A stretch of 63,171 nt of DNA, counting the filler, from Diploschistes diacapsis (taxonomy: Eukaryota): the NCBI GenBank assembly GCA_023645945.1. It is 9 parts of 9 records of this genome, joined end to end, with 100 filler letters (N's around TTAATTAATTAA, not from the genome) between each part and the next. Parts side by side here need not be neighbours in the genome. Positions count along the whole stretch, not along the records: positions 31,856 to 58,637 come from JALAIB010000171.1; 8 more parts are not named here. One strand, written 5' to 3'. Each line of letters opens with the position of its first letter. The first letter of the stretch is position 1. This document shows, piece by piece, positions 38,302 through 50,585 of this stretch. A program made the position numbers and the translations under genes. The notes under the pieces are model-generated. The model saw only the letters and a list, made by a program, of their open reading frames with translations. It did not search any database and was not told the origin of the DNA.

Positions 38302-38880
38302 ATGGACGGCGACAACACAGCGAAAACCTTCGACGCGGGCGCCAACTCGGCCACAAAGGGCGGCGTCGACTTCACCGACTCGATCCACGAGGGCGCACAC
38401 CAAGGGGTAATGCGATGTTCCTCCAATCCTCACCCTAACCCTCCTCTCTTTAGCCCACCTCACACATTATTCCCCCCTTCTCTTTCATCACCCTCTCTTC
38501 ACCATCTTCAACCCCAGTCCCACCTTATCAGGTCGAGTTCCCTTATACTGATTGGCTGACCGTCTATCCAGCAAGCCGCCGGCGACAAAACCACGGGCCA
38601 CGGCACCTCGGTATTCGACAAGCAGGGCGCTATCGGGAAGCACTTTACCGGTTGGTATTCCTCTTTACTCCTCTCCTCTCAAAGCTCTGCTCTTACCTTG
38701 TCCCTGAGAAACGATGGGATACAGTGCTGACTTGATATAGAGCAAGGCGCTCTGGGCGGAACGGCCCAAAACGTTGGCGGGCCGTTTGACAAGGAAGGCG
38801 CGATTGGCAAGCAGTTTACGACCCAGGGAGGTATTGGGGGGATGGCGCAGAAGTTGGCGGACCAGAATCAGCAGCACTAG
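38302..38880 (+). CDS. Small (about 107 aa) glycine-rich fungal protein with internal repeats; 2 introns
   Basis: MDGDNTAK..HQG|QAAGDK..FDKQGAIGKHFT|EQGALGGTAQNVGGPFDKEGAIGKQFTTQGGIGG; GT-AG introns with branch sites. Confidence 0.75.
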
Positions 38881-38984
38881 GAAGAGAGGGGGATTGAGCG
38901 GACTGCGGCATGGGGGTTCTGTAAAATATAGTTCTATTGCTTTGGCCAGAAAGGTTATGGCTTAGGCGTGAAGACCAATGGATG

Positions 38985-39140
38985 CTATTCCTAAGCTTTC
39001 CGAGTTCCTGCTCGACACCCTTTGTCGCGTCCGCAGCCTGCTTGCTCCACTGTGCAATCTGCAAAGAAGCCGTGCGTCAGCGTGTCAAAGTGTCTCCACT
39101 CGACGTTGTTGCCCGCACTGTCGAGCTTGTGCGCGTACTT
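38985..39140 (-). pseudogene. C-terminal fragment of an HSL-family (Abhydrolase_3) esterase, frameshifted
   Basis: YAHKLDSAGNNVEWRHFDTLTHGF, a 1-nt shift, then LQIAQWSKQAADA; no upstream exons recognised. Confidence 0.55.
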
Positions 39141-39364
39141 GATATTATCTAAGTTTTCCCAACTTGGCGAACAGCGTCGAGTATTTGAAGTAAGAAGATA
39201 CACTTTCACTTATATACGTCATTAGCTCTTATCCCCGTCTCTTTCTCCGGGGTGCGTTACAAACTATGACGTCCGAAATCGTGAGAAGTCTACATTTGCA
39301 AACAACGCCATGGCCACCCTTCACCCCTGTGGTAGAGCCATCGAAGGCAGACTACCATCCTACT

Positions 39365-39413
39365 CATCATCATCATCTTCTTCTTCTTCTTCTTCTTCTT
39401 CTTCTTCTTCTTC
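39365..39413. repeat. Compound (TCA)n(TCT)n microsatellite
   Basis: Directly visible, about 50 nt upstream of the ATG at 39462. Confidence 0.95.
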
Positions 39414-39461
39414 TCCTCATCACTTGTTATTGCGAAGCCCATCTGAACGTACTGTATCACC

Positions 39462-40884
39462 ATGTCGGATCCAAAGGCCCCCAACATTGGCATCAGAGAC
39501 ACGCCCGCATGGAACCTCTACCAGCGGGAAAACTTCTGGAAGGTGAATGAGGGCGAGGTGCCTCCCTTCAATACAGGTAAGTGAGCGATTAAGCGCTGCG
39601 GTACATGTAGTCTGATTATATTCTAGACCCGGGCAAACTTGAAGAACTTGCGAAACAGAAGCTCACCCAAAACGGCTGGTCTGTCTTTCTTCCGTTCCTC
39701 TCCTATCGTGACCCTGATTGCATTCAAGGCTATACGCCTCTTCCAATGCCGGCCAATCCTACACCCACCTCGCGAACCGCCAAGCTTTCTTCCGCCACCG
39801 CATAATACCGCGCATGCTCGTCGACACCAACACCCGCACCACCAGCACCACTATTTTCGGCCACAAGGTTTCCGCCCCTATCGGCATGGCCCCCATTGGT
39901 ATCAACAAGATCTATCATCCCGCAGGCGAGCTGCCCGTCGCCAAGGTCGCCAAGGAGCTGAACATCCCCTACTCTCTCTCCACCGCCGGATCGCAGCCTA
40001 TCGAAGATGTGGGCAAGGCCAATGGCCAGGGCCCACGCTTCTACCAACTATACATGCCACACGACGACGAACTGACGGTCAGCCTGCTGAAAAGGGCGTG
40101 GAACAGCGGTTTCGACGTCTGCATCCTCACGATCGATACATGGCAGCTGGGCTGGCGCCACGACGACATAGCGACCTCCAACTACGCTTTCTACCACGGC
40201 ATGGGCGCCGACTTGGGCTTGAGCGACCCTGTATTCCAGAAGCGCCTGACGGAGGTGGGCATCGACCCGGCAAAGGAGCCGGAGAAGGCGGGCGCGATGT
40301 GGATCGACAGTGTCTGGCATGGGCGGGCGTGGAGCTGGGAGAAGATACCGTGGCTAATCAAGACGTGGAAGGAGATCAGCGGCGGGCGGCCTTTCTGCCT
40401 GAAGGGCATCCAGAGCGTGGCGGATGCGAATAAGGCGGTCGAGGTTGGCTGCGACGGCATTGTCGTGAGCAACCACGCGGGACGCCAGGTGGACGGCGCC
40501 ATCGCCAGCCTGGATGCGCTGGAGAACATTGTGGACGCCGTGGGCGACAGGACGTACATCATGTATGACTCGGGCGTGCGCGGTGCGGCGGACATCGTCA
40601 AGGCGCTGGCGCTGGGCGCCAAGTTCGTGTTCGTTGGGCGCCTGTGGGTCTGGGGCCTGAGCGTTATGGGCGAGCATGGCGTGAGGCACGTCATGAAGGG
40701 GCTGCTGGCCGAGTTGGACATTCTGTTTAACGTGGCTGGCATCCAGAACGTGGACCAGATAAACCGGAGTCTGCTAGGTGAGTAGCCCGAAGTTTCCGTA
40801 ACGCGAATATATGGTGTAGCTAAATTTTTGGTAGAATCGTACCCAAAGGGCTATGCCATGATAGCCGAGAGGTCTAAGTTATAG
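39462..40884 (+). CDS. FMN-dependent alpha-hydroxy acid dehydrogenase/oxidase (lactate 2-monooxygenase-like), with PTS1; 3 introns
   Basis: MAPIG, FYQLY, LKGIQ, SNHAGRQVD and DSGVRG; last exon ends ERSKL*. Confidence 0.94.
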
Positions 40885-40903
40885 CTTCCCTGGTGCAGCC
40901 ATA

Positions 40904-41313
40904 CGGTCACGTTCCAAAAGTAGTGAGCCTGGCCCAAAAAAAACTAAAACCTGCGCATTTACGAGGCTCCCACCTTGACAAATAAAAATTTTTAAAGTCA
41001 AGGACTTTACAAGGAGCCTTCCAAAGTACCGTTATAAGATTTAAACTCGCTTTAAATAACAATGTAAGTATTTGAAGTGTATCGTTGTCACGAAATATCG
41101 TGGAAGCGGTACGTTCTCGATCTCTGTAACGTAATTATTTTCATCCCTGCTTCAATATTTTTGAAAAAAAGAAAATCGAGTGAGTATAAGCTGCTTCCAT
41201 TCCCCCCCCCGGATTGTTAAAAGCCTTATTCGTGGTAGGACAACTTTGTGAAATGGGAGCTTTTTTCCGTTTAATTTGGGGGGAAGGGCTTATTACTTTT
41301 TGACCGAGTACTG
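40904..41313. mobile_element. Degenerate Tc1-like MITE (about 410 bp)
   Basis: Left end TA-CGGTCACGTTCCAAAAGTAGTGAGCC; right end (reverse complement) TA-CAGTACTCGGTCAAAAAGTAATAAGCC; AT-rich interior. Confidence 0.5.
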
Positions 41314-42517
41314 TATATTCACACCGTACATGTGTATAGAGTGTGTCAAACATCTAGCGATAAGGATAAGTTGATGACTATAAGTTATATCCACCGCGAT
41401 GTCAAGACCGTTAGAACAATATAAAATACATCCTGGTGTCGCTGCCCGTTCCTAGTCAAAAGAAATACTGGCCAGGTGGCTATATATCAGACAGACTCGG
41501 CTTGGGGAGTTCTACGATGATCTGATCTTCGATGTCCTCCCAGGCGGCTCGGGACCGATTATGGCGTCGGACCTGGAGGACTTTCTATAGTAAGTGCACT
41601 TCAGATTCGTCTTCCGAAACTCACATATGCTAACATTAGCCGCCCCTAACAAACGCGAAGCTGCCCGCCGGTTGGAAACCCCCCCCCCCCTTAGATGACA
41701 ATCATCAACCTCAACACTAGTGTAATGGAGAGCCTCACCGAGGCGACAAGTATTCGAGATATTAAGAACATGGGCCGGAAGTTGGCAGGTTGGGTGCTCA
41801 GAAGCTGGCTTCCGTTCTAAATCATGACTTTTGATCCATATTTCCTAATTGTCACGTCAAGTTTTTTGCGATCGATCTTCTATCAGTCTTAACCATACAC
41901 GCGACAATGAAGGGCCCAATTTCAGTTGTGGAATGACAAATCAGAGCGATAGGTTGCAGGAATCTTGGCACGCCCTATGGGTGAGGGTTACGAATGTTCC
42001 CTCTTCGCTTCTTGTTGCGCACGTCAAGCGGTGAAGATCACAACTCGTATCGAATGCTGGTTACATGGTGTGTCCAGCCATCGCAGGAAAGGTATCGAGC
42101 TATCTTCACAACTCCAATCTCTCACGCCAGGAATGGCCAATTGCCCGCTTTACCCTCTATGATATTCTGTGTCTAAGACATGTAGGCTATTCTGCCGTGA
42201 TGCGGTACGCGAAACTATCACTTGGGACAGTGCCAGGAAGTAACGGAGCCTCTTTTGACATGGAATGCCAATCTTTGTACTACCAAGATGCTGGGGGGGT
42301 CCTCGGGTATTGTGCAAGTTGCATCGAAGGCTAAGGGCGACCTCCTGGGAGCCGAATTCACTATAGGAAACGCCACAGAGCCGTAGGAATATGCGCTATA
42401 TTCTGCCGCTTATGGCCTCCTTGGTAGGACAACGACCTTCAAATATAAGTTGTTGGCAATCCCCAGCCGCTTGGCTTGACTGCTTGCTCAGAGGGTTCCC
42501 TATCCGGCGCGATCAAT

Positions 42518-44203
42518 ATGAATCACGGTGAAAGCTTCATGGCCTTGGACGATGATAAGACTTGTGAAGTAAGCCATCTTGCTCTTCTCAGCAACCCAGA
42601 AGTGACTTTCGACATTTCGTTGAACGAACCTTCTCAACATTCATCAAGATGGCAGAGTCGAAGATGGTGGCCAAAGAGGTGGATAAAGTGGTTACAACCC
42701 GGCAACACTGGAGCGTCTTATGCCGGTCTTCCATCTGAGGTAGAACTTGAGGAGGCGGATGAGAAAGTCACTGATACCATGTCGGAGCAAACCATGGTGG
42801 ATAAGGATGAAACTGCAAGGCACTATCTTGTATTGAGCCGCATCTACAAGTCATTCGTTTGGCTACTGCCAAGCTTCCTCCACCGCTATCTCATGGAAGT
42901 ACCTAAATCAGAAAGCAAGCCAGGCCCGACAGATTACCTAGACGGTATCAGAGGTGTCGCCTCACTCTTCGTCTTTCTAAACCACTACTTAGTTCAGATT
43001 CACCCAGGGTTTGTCGACTACGGCTATGGCCATGACGCTGATTCCGTGAGCATCTTCCAGCTCCCCTTCATCCGACTTTTCTACTCTGGAGCAACAATGG
43101 TTACAGTATTCTTTGTTGTCTCGGGCTACGTCTTGTCTCGGAGATGTGTACTGGCGATACGGCAGGAGAACAACAAGAAGCTGTACCAGGCTCTCAGTTC
43201 GATGGCATTCAGACGTGGCATCAGATTATTTCTGCCTTGCATCGTCATCTCCTCCATAGTTCTGATGGCAGTATTCATTGGCTGGATACCGTCTAGAGTA
43301 CAGCCAGAGAAGTGGACTGCTGGAAAAGAATTGGCCAACTACATCCGCTATCTCGACCAAGAGCTTTTCAGAATGTGGGAATGGGGAGTTAGTTTCACGG
43401 GCTTCTACTCCTACCAACTGTGGACCATCCCCGTGGAATTCAAATGCTCACTGATACTCTTCATGGAGATCCTACTGGTGTCGCAATGCCACACTTATCT
43501 ACGAATCTTCATTCACTCAGCCTTGATCATTTATCTCTTTGCCGATGTTCGGTGGGATATAGCCTGTTTTATCGCCGGTCTGCTGCTTGCCGAAGCAAGC
43601 GCGATCTACGAAGAGAGTAGTGATAAGCGCGCCGCGGCAGCTGACGATCTCAACAAGCCACTGGAGTTTCACCGGAGGAAACCTCTCCATATAAAGATCA
43701 TCAAGCCCTTGCTCTGGGCAGCGCTGATCATGGGTTGCTACATTGGAGGATATCCCACGGCCGATGCGGCCAACACCCCAGGGTACGGCTGGCTCGCAAA
43801 CATGTCGCATGACGGAGAACCAAGAACAAAATTACGGTTCTGGCTTGCCATTGCCGGAATCCTGATTGTCAGCCCCTGTTGCTTCCTACCTACGGCGCAA
43901 CGATTCTTCAGCACTCGCCTAGCGCGGTATCTCGGCAAAAATTCTTTTGGTCTGTATCTTGTCCACGGATTCATGAACCGCACGGTCCGGTACTTCCTAT
44001 GGGATGCATTCTGGAAAGTCTTGCAATACACGGGCCACAAGGATCAGGAGCTTCAGTACGACGAGGGCTGGATTCTCTCGACAATACTCTATATCCCGAT
44101 CGTCTTCTGGTTTGCGGACGTCTTTACGAGGGCCGTAGATCAGCCGACGGTAAGATTCGCCAAATGGGTGGAAGCGAAATGCTTTAGGCAACAGAAGCTG
44201 TGA
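42518..44203 (+). CDS. Acyltransferase family 3 membrane O-acyltransferase, intronless
   Basis: YLDGIRGVASLFVFLNH, FFVVSGYVLS, RRGIRLFLP, LWTIPVEF and YLGKNSFGLYLVH. Confidence 0.93.
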   Translation: MNHGESFMALDDDKTCEVSHLALLSNPEVTFDISLNEPSQHSSRWQSRRWWPKRWIKWLQPGNTGASYAGLPSEVELEEADEKVTDTMSEQTMVDKDETARHYLVLSRIYKSFVWLLPSFLHRYLMEVPKSESKPGPTDYLDGIRGVASLFVFLNHYLVQIHPGFVDYGYGHDADSVSIFQLPFIRLFYSGATMVTVFFVVSGYVLSRRCVLAIRQENNKKLYQALSSMAFRRGIRLFLPCIVISSIVLMAVFIGWIPSRVQPEKWTAGKELANYIRYLDQELFRMWEWGVSFTGFYSYQLWTIPVEFKCSLILFMEILLVSQCHTYLRIFIHSALIIYLFADVRWDIACFIAGLLLAEASAIYEESSDKRAAAADDLNKPLEFHRRKPLHIKIIKPLLWAALIMGCYIGGYPTADAANTPGYGWLANMSHDGEPRTKLRFWLAIAGILIVSPCCFLPTAQRFFSTRLARYLGKNSFGLYLVHGFMNRTVRYFLWDAFWKVLQYTGHKDQELQYDEGWILSTILYIPIVFWFADVFTRAVDQPTVRFAKWVEAKCFRQQKL

Positions 44204-45242
44204 CCATCAAGTCGAACGAATCCTTTGATGTTTGCAACGCCCAGAGGGGTCACTTTACGAACGATGAGGTATCCCGCCCGCATTGATCTGGATATCGGGG
44301 GTCTATAGATGGTTTTTGGGTTCGACATTGAATTCAAGAGCTTTATTCGAAGTTGCTGTTGTGCATGTAGTTTAGGACTAGAGTTATTCTGTTAATGTGC
44401 TTTCAACCTCAATGCCAAGCAAAAGATACTATTCCACCTGATAATACCTACCCAGGAGCGTCCCTGGATGCTTCAGAACAACTATAGAATAAAACCGAAA
44501 GGTTCTGGGGGAGAGCTTCAAGTACAATAATTTTGTTATGTACCTAGTCCTTCTCAAGCATTCTTTGAGCTCTTATCTAGGCAGAAAGTGGTGGAAGAGG
44601 TATTTGCTGAGCACCATGTTTTTGCAAGCACAAAGCTTGCGAGACCAGTGGCAGCTTCAGCTTTGACCCAAGTTAGAGCCGAGGACGGTTTGAGCTCCAC
44701 AGTAGAGCTTGTGTCGTCCAAGTCCAACCTGAGCTTTTCAGCGCTGTCTTGACATTCCAAGGGTAGCAGCATGATGAATGCAAACAAAATCTTAGCTAGG
44801 ACCGTCCACATTGCCAAAGATTTGATCACAATGAAAAACATGTTAATATTTAGAGCTGGCGAAGCTGGTTGAATTGCCGCAGGCACATACAGAGCGGAAC
44901 TATGAATTTCAAGTCTTCACGATAACCGAATGAATGGCATGCTTAGACGTGTGATCACTGATAAAGGGGGGCTCCTGTAACGGTATTCAAAATCACAAAG
45001 CAATGCAAGCTTGCTCTCGACCGTGACTGGAAAGGTTGAAACGCATGGCTGCTTGGCTGTCGGCAACTTTGAACTTCGGCCACAGAGTACTTCGACTGCT
45101 TGCAGATGATCTTGCACAGCTTCGCATTAGGCCCTGAGTATTGCCCCTTATATATACAGAATAGCATTAAAAACCGTTATGTTCGCTGGCCAAGTCTGCT
45201 ACGACTCTCTCGCCCTTGACGTGCCTGTAATGCTCGCCAACA

Positions 45243-46734
45243 CTACGTACTCGTCAGCGGCTGGCCGCTGAGCGTTTGCTCGAAGTATTGAAGAGCAGCC
45301 CGTGGCTGGTAGTAAGGTACTTCGTGGCCAGCCTCATAGACCTGTAGCCAGCTGAGGTTGTTGACATTTTTGTACAGCCCACTGGCGTTGCCATTGACGG
45401 TATACGACTTCAGAGCTGTGTTCACGAATTCGGACTGACCCGACCACGATATCGAGTTGGCCACGTTGAACCCTCCCTGATAGTTGCAGATCCAGTCAGC
45501 ATCGCCGGCGATGAGAGAAACGCGGAGTCCGCTCGACACCAAAGCCCCCAAGGTTGACAGGAAAGAGCGAGAGTCGTCCCCAGTGTTGGAAAACTTGTTG
45601 TAGGGCGCGTTGGGACATTCTTGATAGGTCTTACTGGCACCAATAGCCTTCATGACAGAAGCGCTTTGAAGGTAAGTCACGTATGTCTCCGGTGGATAAG
45701 GGTCATTCGAGGGCTCCCGGACATCGTATACGTCGAAGTTTGCAGCTTCCGAAATCGGCCCCTCGATGTCGCTGTAGCAGACGTTGTCGGCATTTTCGCA
45801 AGCAGAGTTCTGGCTGGTCGCAGTCTGGGAGGTACATTGCTGGAGAGCCGGCAAGCAGTTCTGGGTGTAGGAGCTCATGTAGCTCGTGTGCTGGGACTGC
45901 GTGATGATTTGCTTGTAGGTGTTGTTGTAGCTGTAGTCGATGTAGGCTCTGTATTGGATGGCCGGGTCATACCAGCCGTTGTTGATACCCAGAGCAACAA
46001 GGTCGATCTTCTCACCGGTTACCGACCCACTCGCAATAGCCGAGTTCTGCTGCTCGAAATAGCTTGAAAATTCTGGACCGTAATGTCCACCGTAGCTTTC
46101 GGTAAAGAGTCCAAAGTTCCGGCTCTCGTACTGAGGGAACTGCGTGTAGAATGCCTGCAGCAGTTTCCACACGTATGGAGCAGCAGTCACGGTAGAAGTG
46201 ACGCTATCAGTTCCGTAGCTGAAGCCGGTGCCGATGGGCTGATCGACATATAGCATGTTGGCGTACGAGTTGAAGCTGTACGGGTTGAGGGATGGGGTGG
46301 AGGCGCCATTGACAAAGTGGCACGGTCCGTTCTCCTGGAAGAGTCCAATCATACTGGAGCAACCAGGGCCTCCGTTGAGCCACAAGGCTAGCGGAGCAGT
46401 GGTGGGGCTGTTGCGTGCTTCAAAGAACCAGAACCCTAACTCCATGTCAGTATACCGGAATGGCTCAAGTGGCCGAGGTACGGAGCATACACATGTTCAT
46501 GTTTGTGCCGACGGAAAGGTATCCAGAGTACTGGTTGACACCGGGAGTCGTCTCACAGATGCCAGAATTTGTCACGAATTCGAGCTTGGCGCCCGTGGCA
46601 GCATGCTCGAAGACGGTGTAGTTCACGCCATCGCGTTCAACAAAAGACCGCCTGTCTACCGGGCCGGCAGGAACAGCCGCGACTAGAGCGGCGCATAGAA
46701 CAAGGCCAAGGCTAGCAAGACTAGGAAACCGCAT
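45243..46734 (-). CDS. Secreted serine carboxypeptidase S10 (carboxypeptidase S1-like); 1 intron
   Basis: Signal peptide, WLNGGPGCSS, DQPIGTGFSY, TESYGGHY, GDADWICN and EAGHEVP. Confidence 0.96.
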
Positions 46735-47770
46735 GATGAACAGTATTGCGGTGAAACAAGCTGGAACCACTCAATCGCAAAAATGGTGGGACAATACATG
46801 ATTTTATATCATGTCCGTGGATTGACCTTTCGGTCACATGCCCAACGCTTTGCCTTATCATTGCCAAGTAGCTGCAATATTTCGCAAGGGAGGCTCGGTG
46901 AATACCGAAAGTGAATACGGACGAAGCAAGGGATAGATTAAAGAAAGCAAGCTTATGGGTGGTAAAAGAACTCGGGATGACATGACATGCAGGGCCAGCC
47001 GGATGGCTCCCTTTATTGAGCAAATGAGAATCAAGACCACATGCGATGAAATCCCATAGCCGTAGTGATTAGGGGCCTTCCGACCAACACCAAAGCGTTA
47101 ATTGAAGTGGAAGCGAATCCAACTGCGGAGATCAAGCAGGAAGAGTAAAGAGCATCCATCAAATTGCGCTAAGAAACGGCTAACGGGGTGCTAGATGATG
47201 CACAACATTCTAAAGCCCGAGGTGGCAAAGATAAGAACACAAAGCCAGAGCCTATATCATACGATCAGTGCGCAAGGTCGTGATCACAAGAGTGATGTAA
47301 AGCTTACAACTAAAGCGAAGCAACCCAACGACTGGTTATAGGTGAGGGTAGAAAAGAGAGTAATAACGCCAAATGGTTACGGAGCATGAATCGAAAAGGA
47401 AGGAGGAATAAATTTGAGGTAGGAGCAAAGTGAAGGCACGGAGTACAATATCTATTTCCGCTACTGGGCCTGGGTGTGCATATATATATATATATTCCTG
47501 CTCATTACATTAAGTAAACTATTAACGGGAGTTACCTCTATTGCAAAACCGCCGCAGATGCAGATGCAGATGCAGTAGCATACGGACGGGGAATTTCCGA
47601 TATCATGTTGTTTGATTATGTCGGCGACTCTATTTTTATCGATTGCAGCAGAACCTTCTTTTAATGGGCGCTCGGTTTGGGCCATGATGGACGTTCAAAT
47701 CTTTGATTCGAAGATCGAAAGGCTGTTAGAGATATGCTGCTGCTGCCTGCTGGAGGGCTCGAGCACTGAA

Positions 47771-48430
47771 AGTCTGGCGTGCCAAAAGTAGTTAAATCCC
47801 CCCCATTTCTCACCAAAATTGATCAACTTTATACCCAAATACTATCTTCTCCAGCAATGTGGCAATTCGAAAGTTCAAAAAACTATGAAGAACATTAAAA
47901 GCATTATGTATACAGAAAACTTGTTTTCGTTTCTCTTACTTTTTTCTTAAAAACCTAAGACGGAGGTAAATATTCAAAAAAATCCCCGTCGAAAATCGCA
48001 TTTATGATGTGCAGTGACTGTATGCTCGTGACGTCTTAAGGCCCCTATAAAAATTCTTAAAAACCGAGAAAGATACTGCTGGAATTTTTTAGAAATTCAA
48101 ACTCGTTTTCGCGGAGATATAAGGCTAAAACAATGATAATGATTGATTGTGTCGACTTAACCTGTATTGCCCTAGTATATTTATACACGATTGTTTAGCT
48201 ATAAAACTTCCACTTCAGAAGAAACCAGCCGTATATAATGAGGATTATTGATAACAAGTATCGAAATAACCATTTTTATAATTAAATAAATTATTAAGCC
48301 TAGAAAGAAGAGTATTCCGGTGGTGGCAGCAGCAGTGAAAGTCTGAACCTATGACCTTCAAATACATCTGCCAGCAGTCGTCTTAAACCATTCGTATAAT
48401 ACCTCCAATACCTATAATTGTGTTATTAAA
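47771..48430. repeat. AT-rich degenerate repeat starting with a Tc1-like TIR motif
   Basis: GTGCCAAAAGTAGTTAA at about 47779, followed by AT-rich non-coding sequence. Confidence 0.45.
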
Positions 48431-49015
48431 TCACCTTTTATTCAAATCACGGAGACGAAAGATGCGAAGCCGATGCTCAATCTCCATCTCCATATTCCAT
48501 ATCTCGCACGAAGCTATGTGATATGTCCGACGTCGAGGATGGAACTGCTTTACGCGTATTTTGCTTGGGTTTGTGTCCATCTTCGGGCTTGTGGTGCTTT
48601 CCAATGCCGAGACAGCGCGTGTAAAGGATCTTAGACCTTTCTCCCCGCCCAATTGTCTTTCGAGTGCCGGGTTTGGGCCCTGCTTGTTCAGGTTCCTCGG
48701 GGCCGATGATCCGAGATTTGCTTTTCGCTTTCGCACCTTTTGCACGAGTTCATTAGGGCTCTTTGTAATTGAGATACATGATGGGTATAGTTGAGACCAC
48801 GATCGGCCAAGGACCACAAGAGGGCAGCGGTCTTGAGCTCTGGACAAGCCCTACTGGCCTGATACGTGCGCATACGTGTTCCAAGCAGCAGGCTGAGTGA
48901 TTGGAAGCACTTCGTAAAACTATATAGCAGCTGTTGCCGGAACATTGTTTCCCTAGATATCTTCTTCAAGTTATCACATTATAGGCTACCAATATTATTT
49001 TGTCCTTCAAACAAG

Positions 49016-50367
49016 ATGGCTTCCCATACAAAACAACCTCACGTCCTTATCGTCGGAGCCGGACTCGCAGGTCTAGCACTTGCCCAAGCGCTCCGCAAAC
49101 AGGGCATAACCTTCGAGATCTATGAGCGCGATGCCAACGTCCATGCCCGTTTCCAGGGCTGGGCCATCGCTTTACACAGGTAACCTTCACCCTTCATCTG
49201 CATGCGAGGCCCAACCTGACTGGCGTAGGGTGCTGGCAGACTTTAATGAAGCCATGCCCGAGGACTTGGGCTCGGTCGAGAGCACGAGCCATTTCCTGCC
49301 ACTCGATCTCCATGCCAAATTCGTCATATATACCCACAGCGAAGCAAGGACCATAGCCGAAGACGTCCCAGAGCACCGGCTTATTCGGGCCAACCGCTTG
49401 AGGTTAAGAGAGTACCTCGCCAAAAACCTGCATATCAACTGGAGCAAGAAGTTCACCAGTATCATGGAGAAGGATGACTCTGTAACTCTGCACTTCGAGG
49501 ACGGCACCTCGGCCACAGGCGATGTACTGGTCGGCGCTGATGGGGTTCATAGCCATGGTAAATTAGCAGCGTATTTGAAAAGAATGGCCCGGCGCTAACG
49601 GATGCCGAAGTTCGCTCATACCTCTATGATGGCAGAGAGCTGCTGCGGAATCTCCCAGTTGACGCGGTCGTTGGCCAAGTGACGCTCAACAAAGAACAAT
49701 ATGAGAAACAGCTTGAGATAGGCCGCTCAGCTTACATCGCCTTGGGCCCTGATGGCCAGCGTATCTTTGTTGGCCTAAATTCCGTCGACCGCGACGCACG
49801 GCATGCGCAGTATTATTGGATATACATCTTCCACAGCCAGACGGCTGTCGAAGGACCAGCATATTGGACACACCATTCGAAGCAAGAGCAATACAATCTT
49901 GTGCTCAAGGGCACCGAGCCTCTTGAACCGAAACTCGCGGAGATTGTGCGGATAACGAAGCCCGAAAAGATCGTGGTTCCCGGAATTGTGCTTCGGGACT
50001 TGAACCTAGAGTCAATGCCAAACAGACGCGTGACGCTAGTAGGAGATGCAGCTCATGCCATGGCTCCGAGTAAGTTCTCCACTCTCCTCCGAGGTGAACA
50101 CCGTTAACCTGAGCCTCAGACCGCGGCGAAGGTGGGAATCATGCCATTCAGGACTCTTTGAACCTTGCACGTGCCATAGCCAAAGCTGGTTCAGGCGACA
50201 TCCTACCGCATCTTAAGGAATACCAGGATGAGATGCTCGTACGAGGAAACGAAGCCGTCAATAAGTCTAGAGCAGCAGCAATGGACCGTGGTGAGGGTAC
50301 AGTTCTTGGATGGAGCGGTTGGTCAAAGCCAGCCCCTTCAAAAGCCTCAGCCATAGAAGCTCATTAG
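49016..50367 (+). CDS. FAD-dependent monooxygenase (FAD_binding_3); 3 introns
   Basis: VLIVGAGLAGL, FQGWAI, LVGADGVHS and VTLVGDAAHAMAP..RGEGGNHAIQD. Confidence 0.93.
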
Positions 50368-50585
50368 GCGATTGATATAGAAAAAGCGCTAAGGCTAGTG
50401 TGTGGCTCTCTTTCGTTTTCACTCCTTCATGTCTAGGCTCCAATTAAGGTTCATAGCGACTTCACTAGCCAGACTTTGCATTGCTAGCCATTTTGTTATC
50501 GGGACTACCCTTATCAGCTATCACTCTTGTACCAAATCGCCACATCTCCATCCTGTTCTTTAGCGCAGCATCAAAATTCCTTTCG

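Noticed and set aside
39266..39550. Poly-L, poly-K and poly-S ORFs
   Set aside because: They are translations of the microsatellite.
44554..45167. Short ORFs as small secreted proteins
   Set aside because: No convincing gene structure or family motif.
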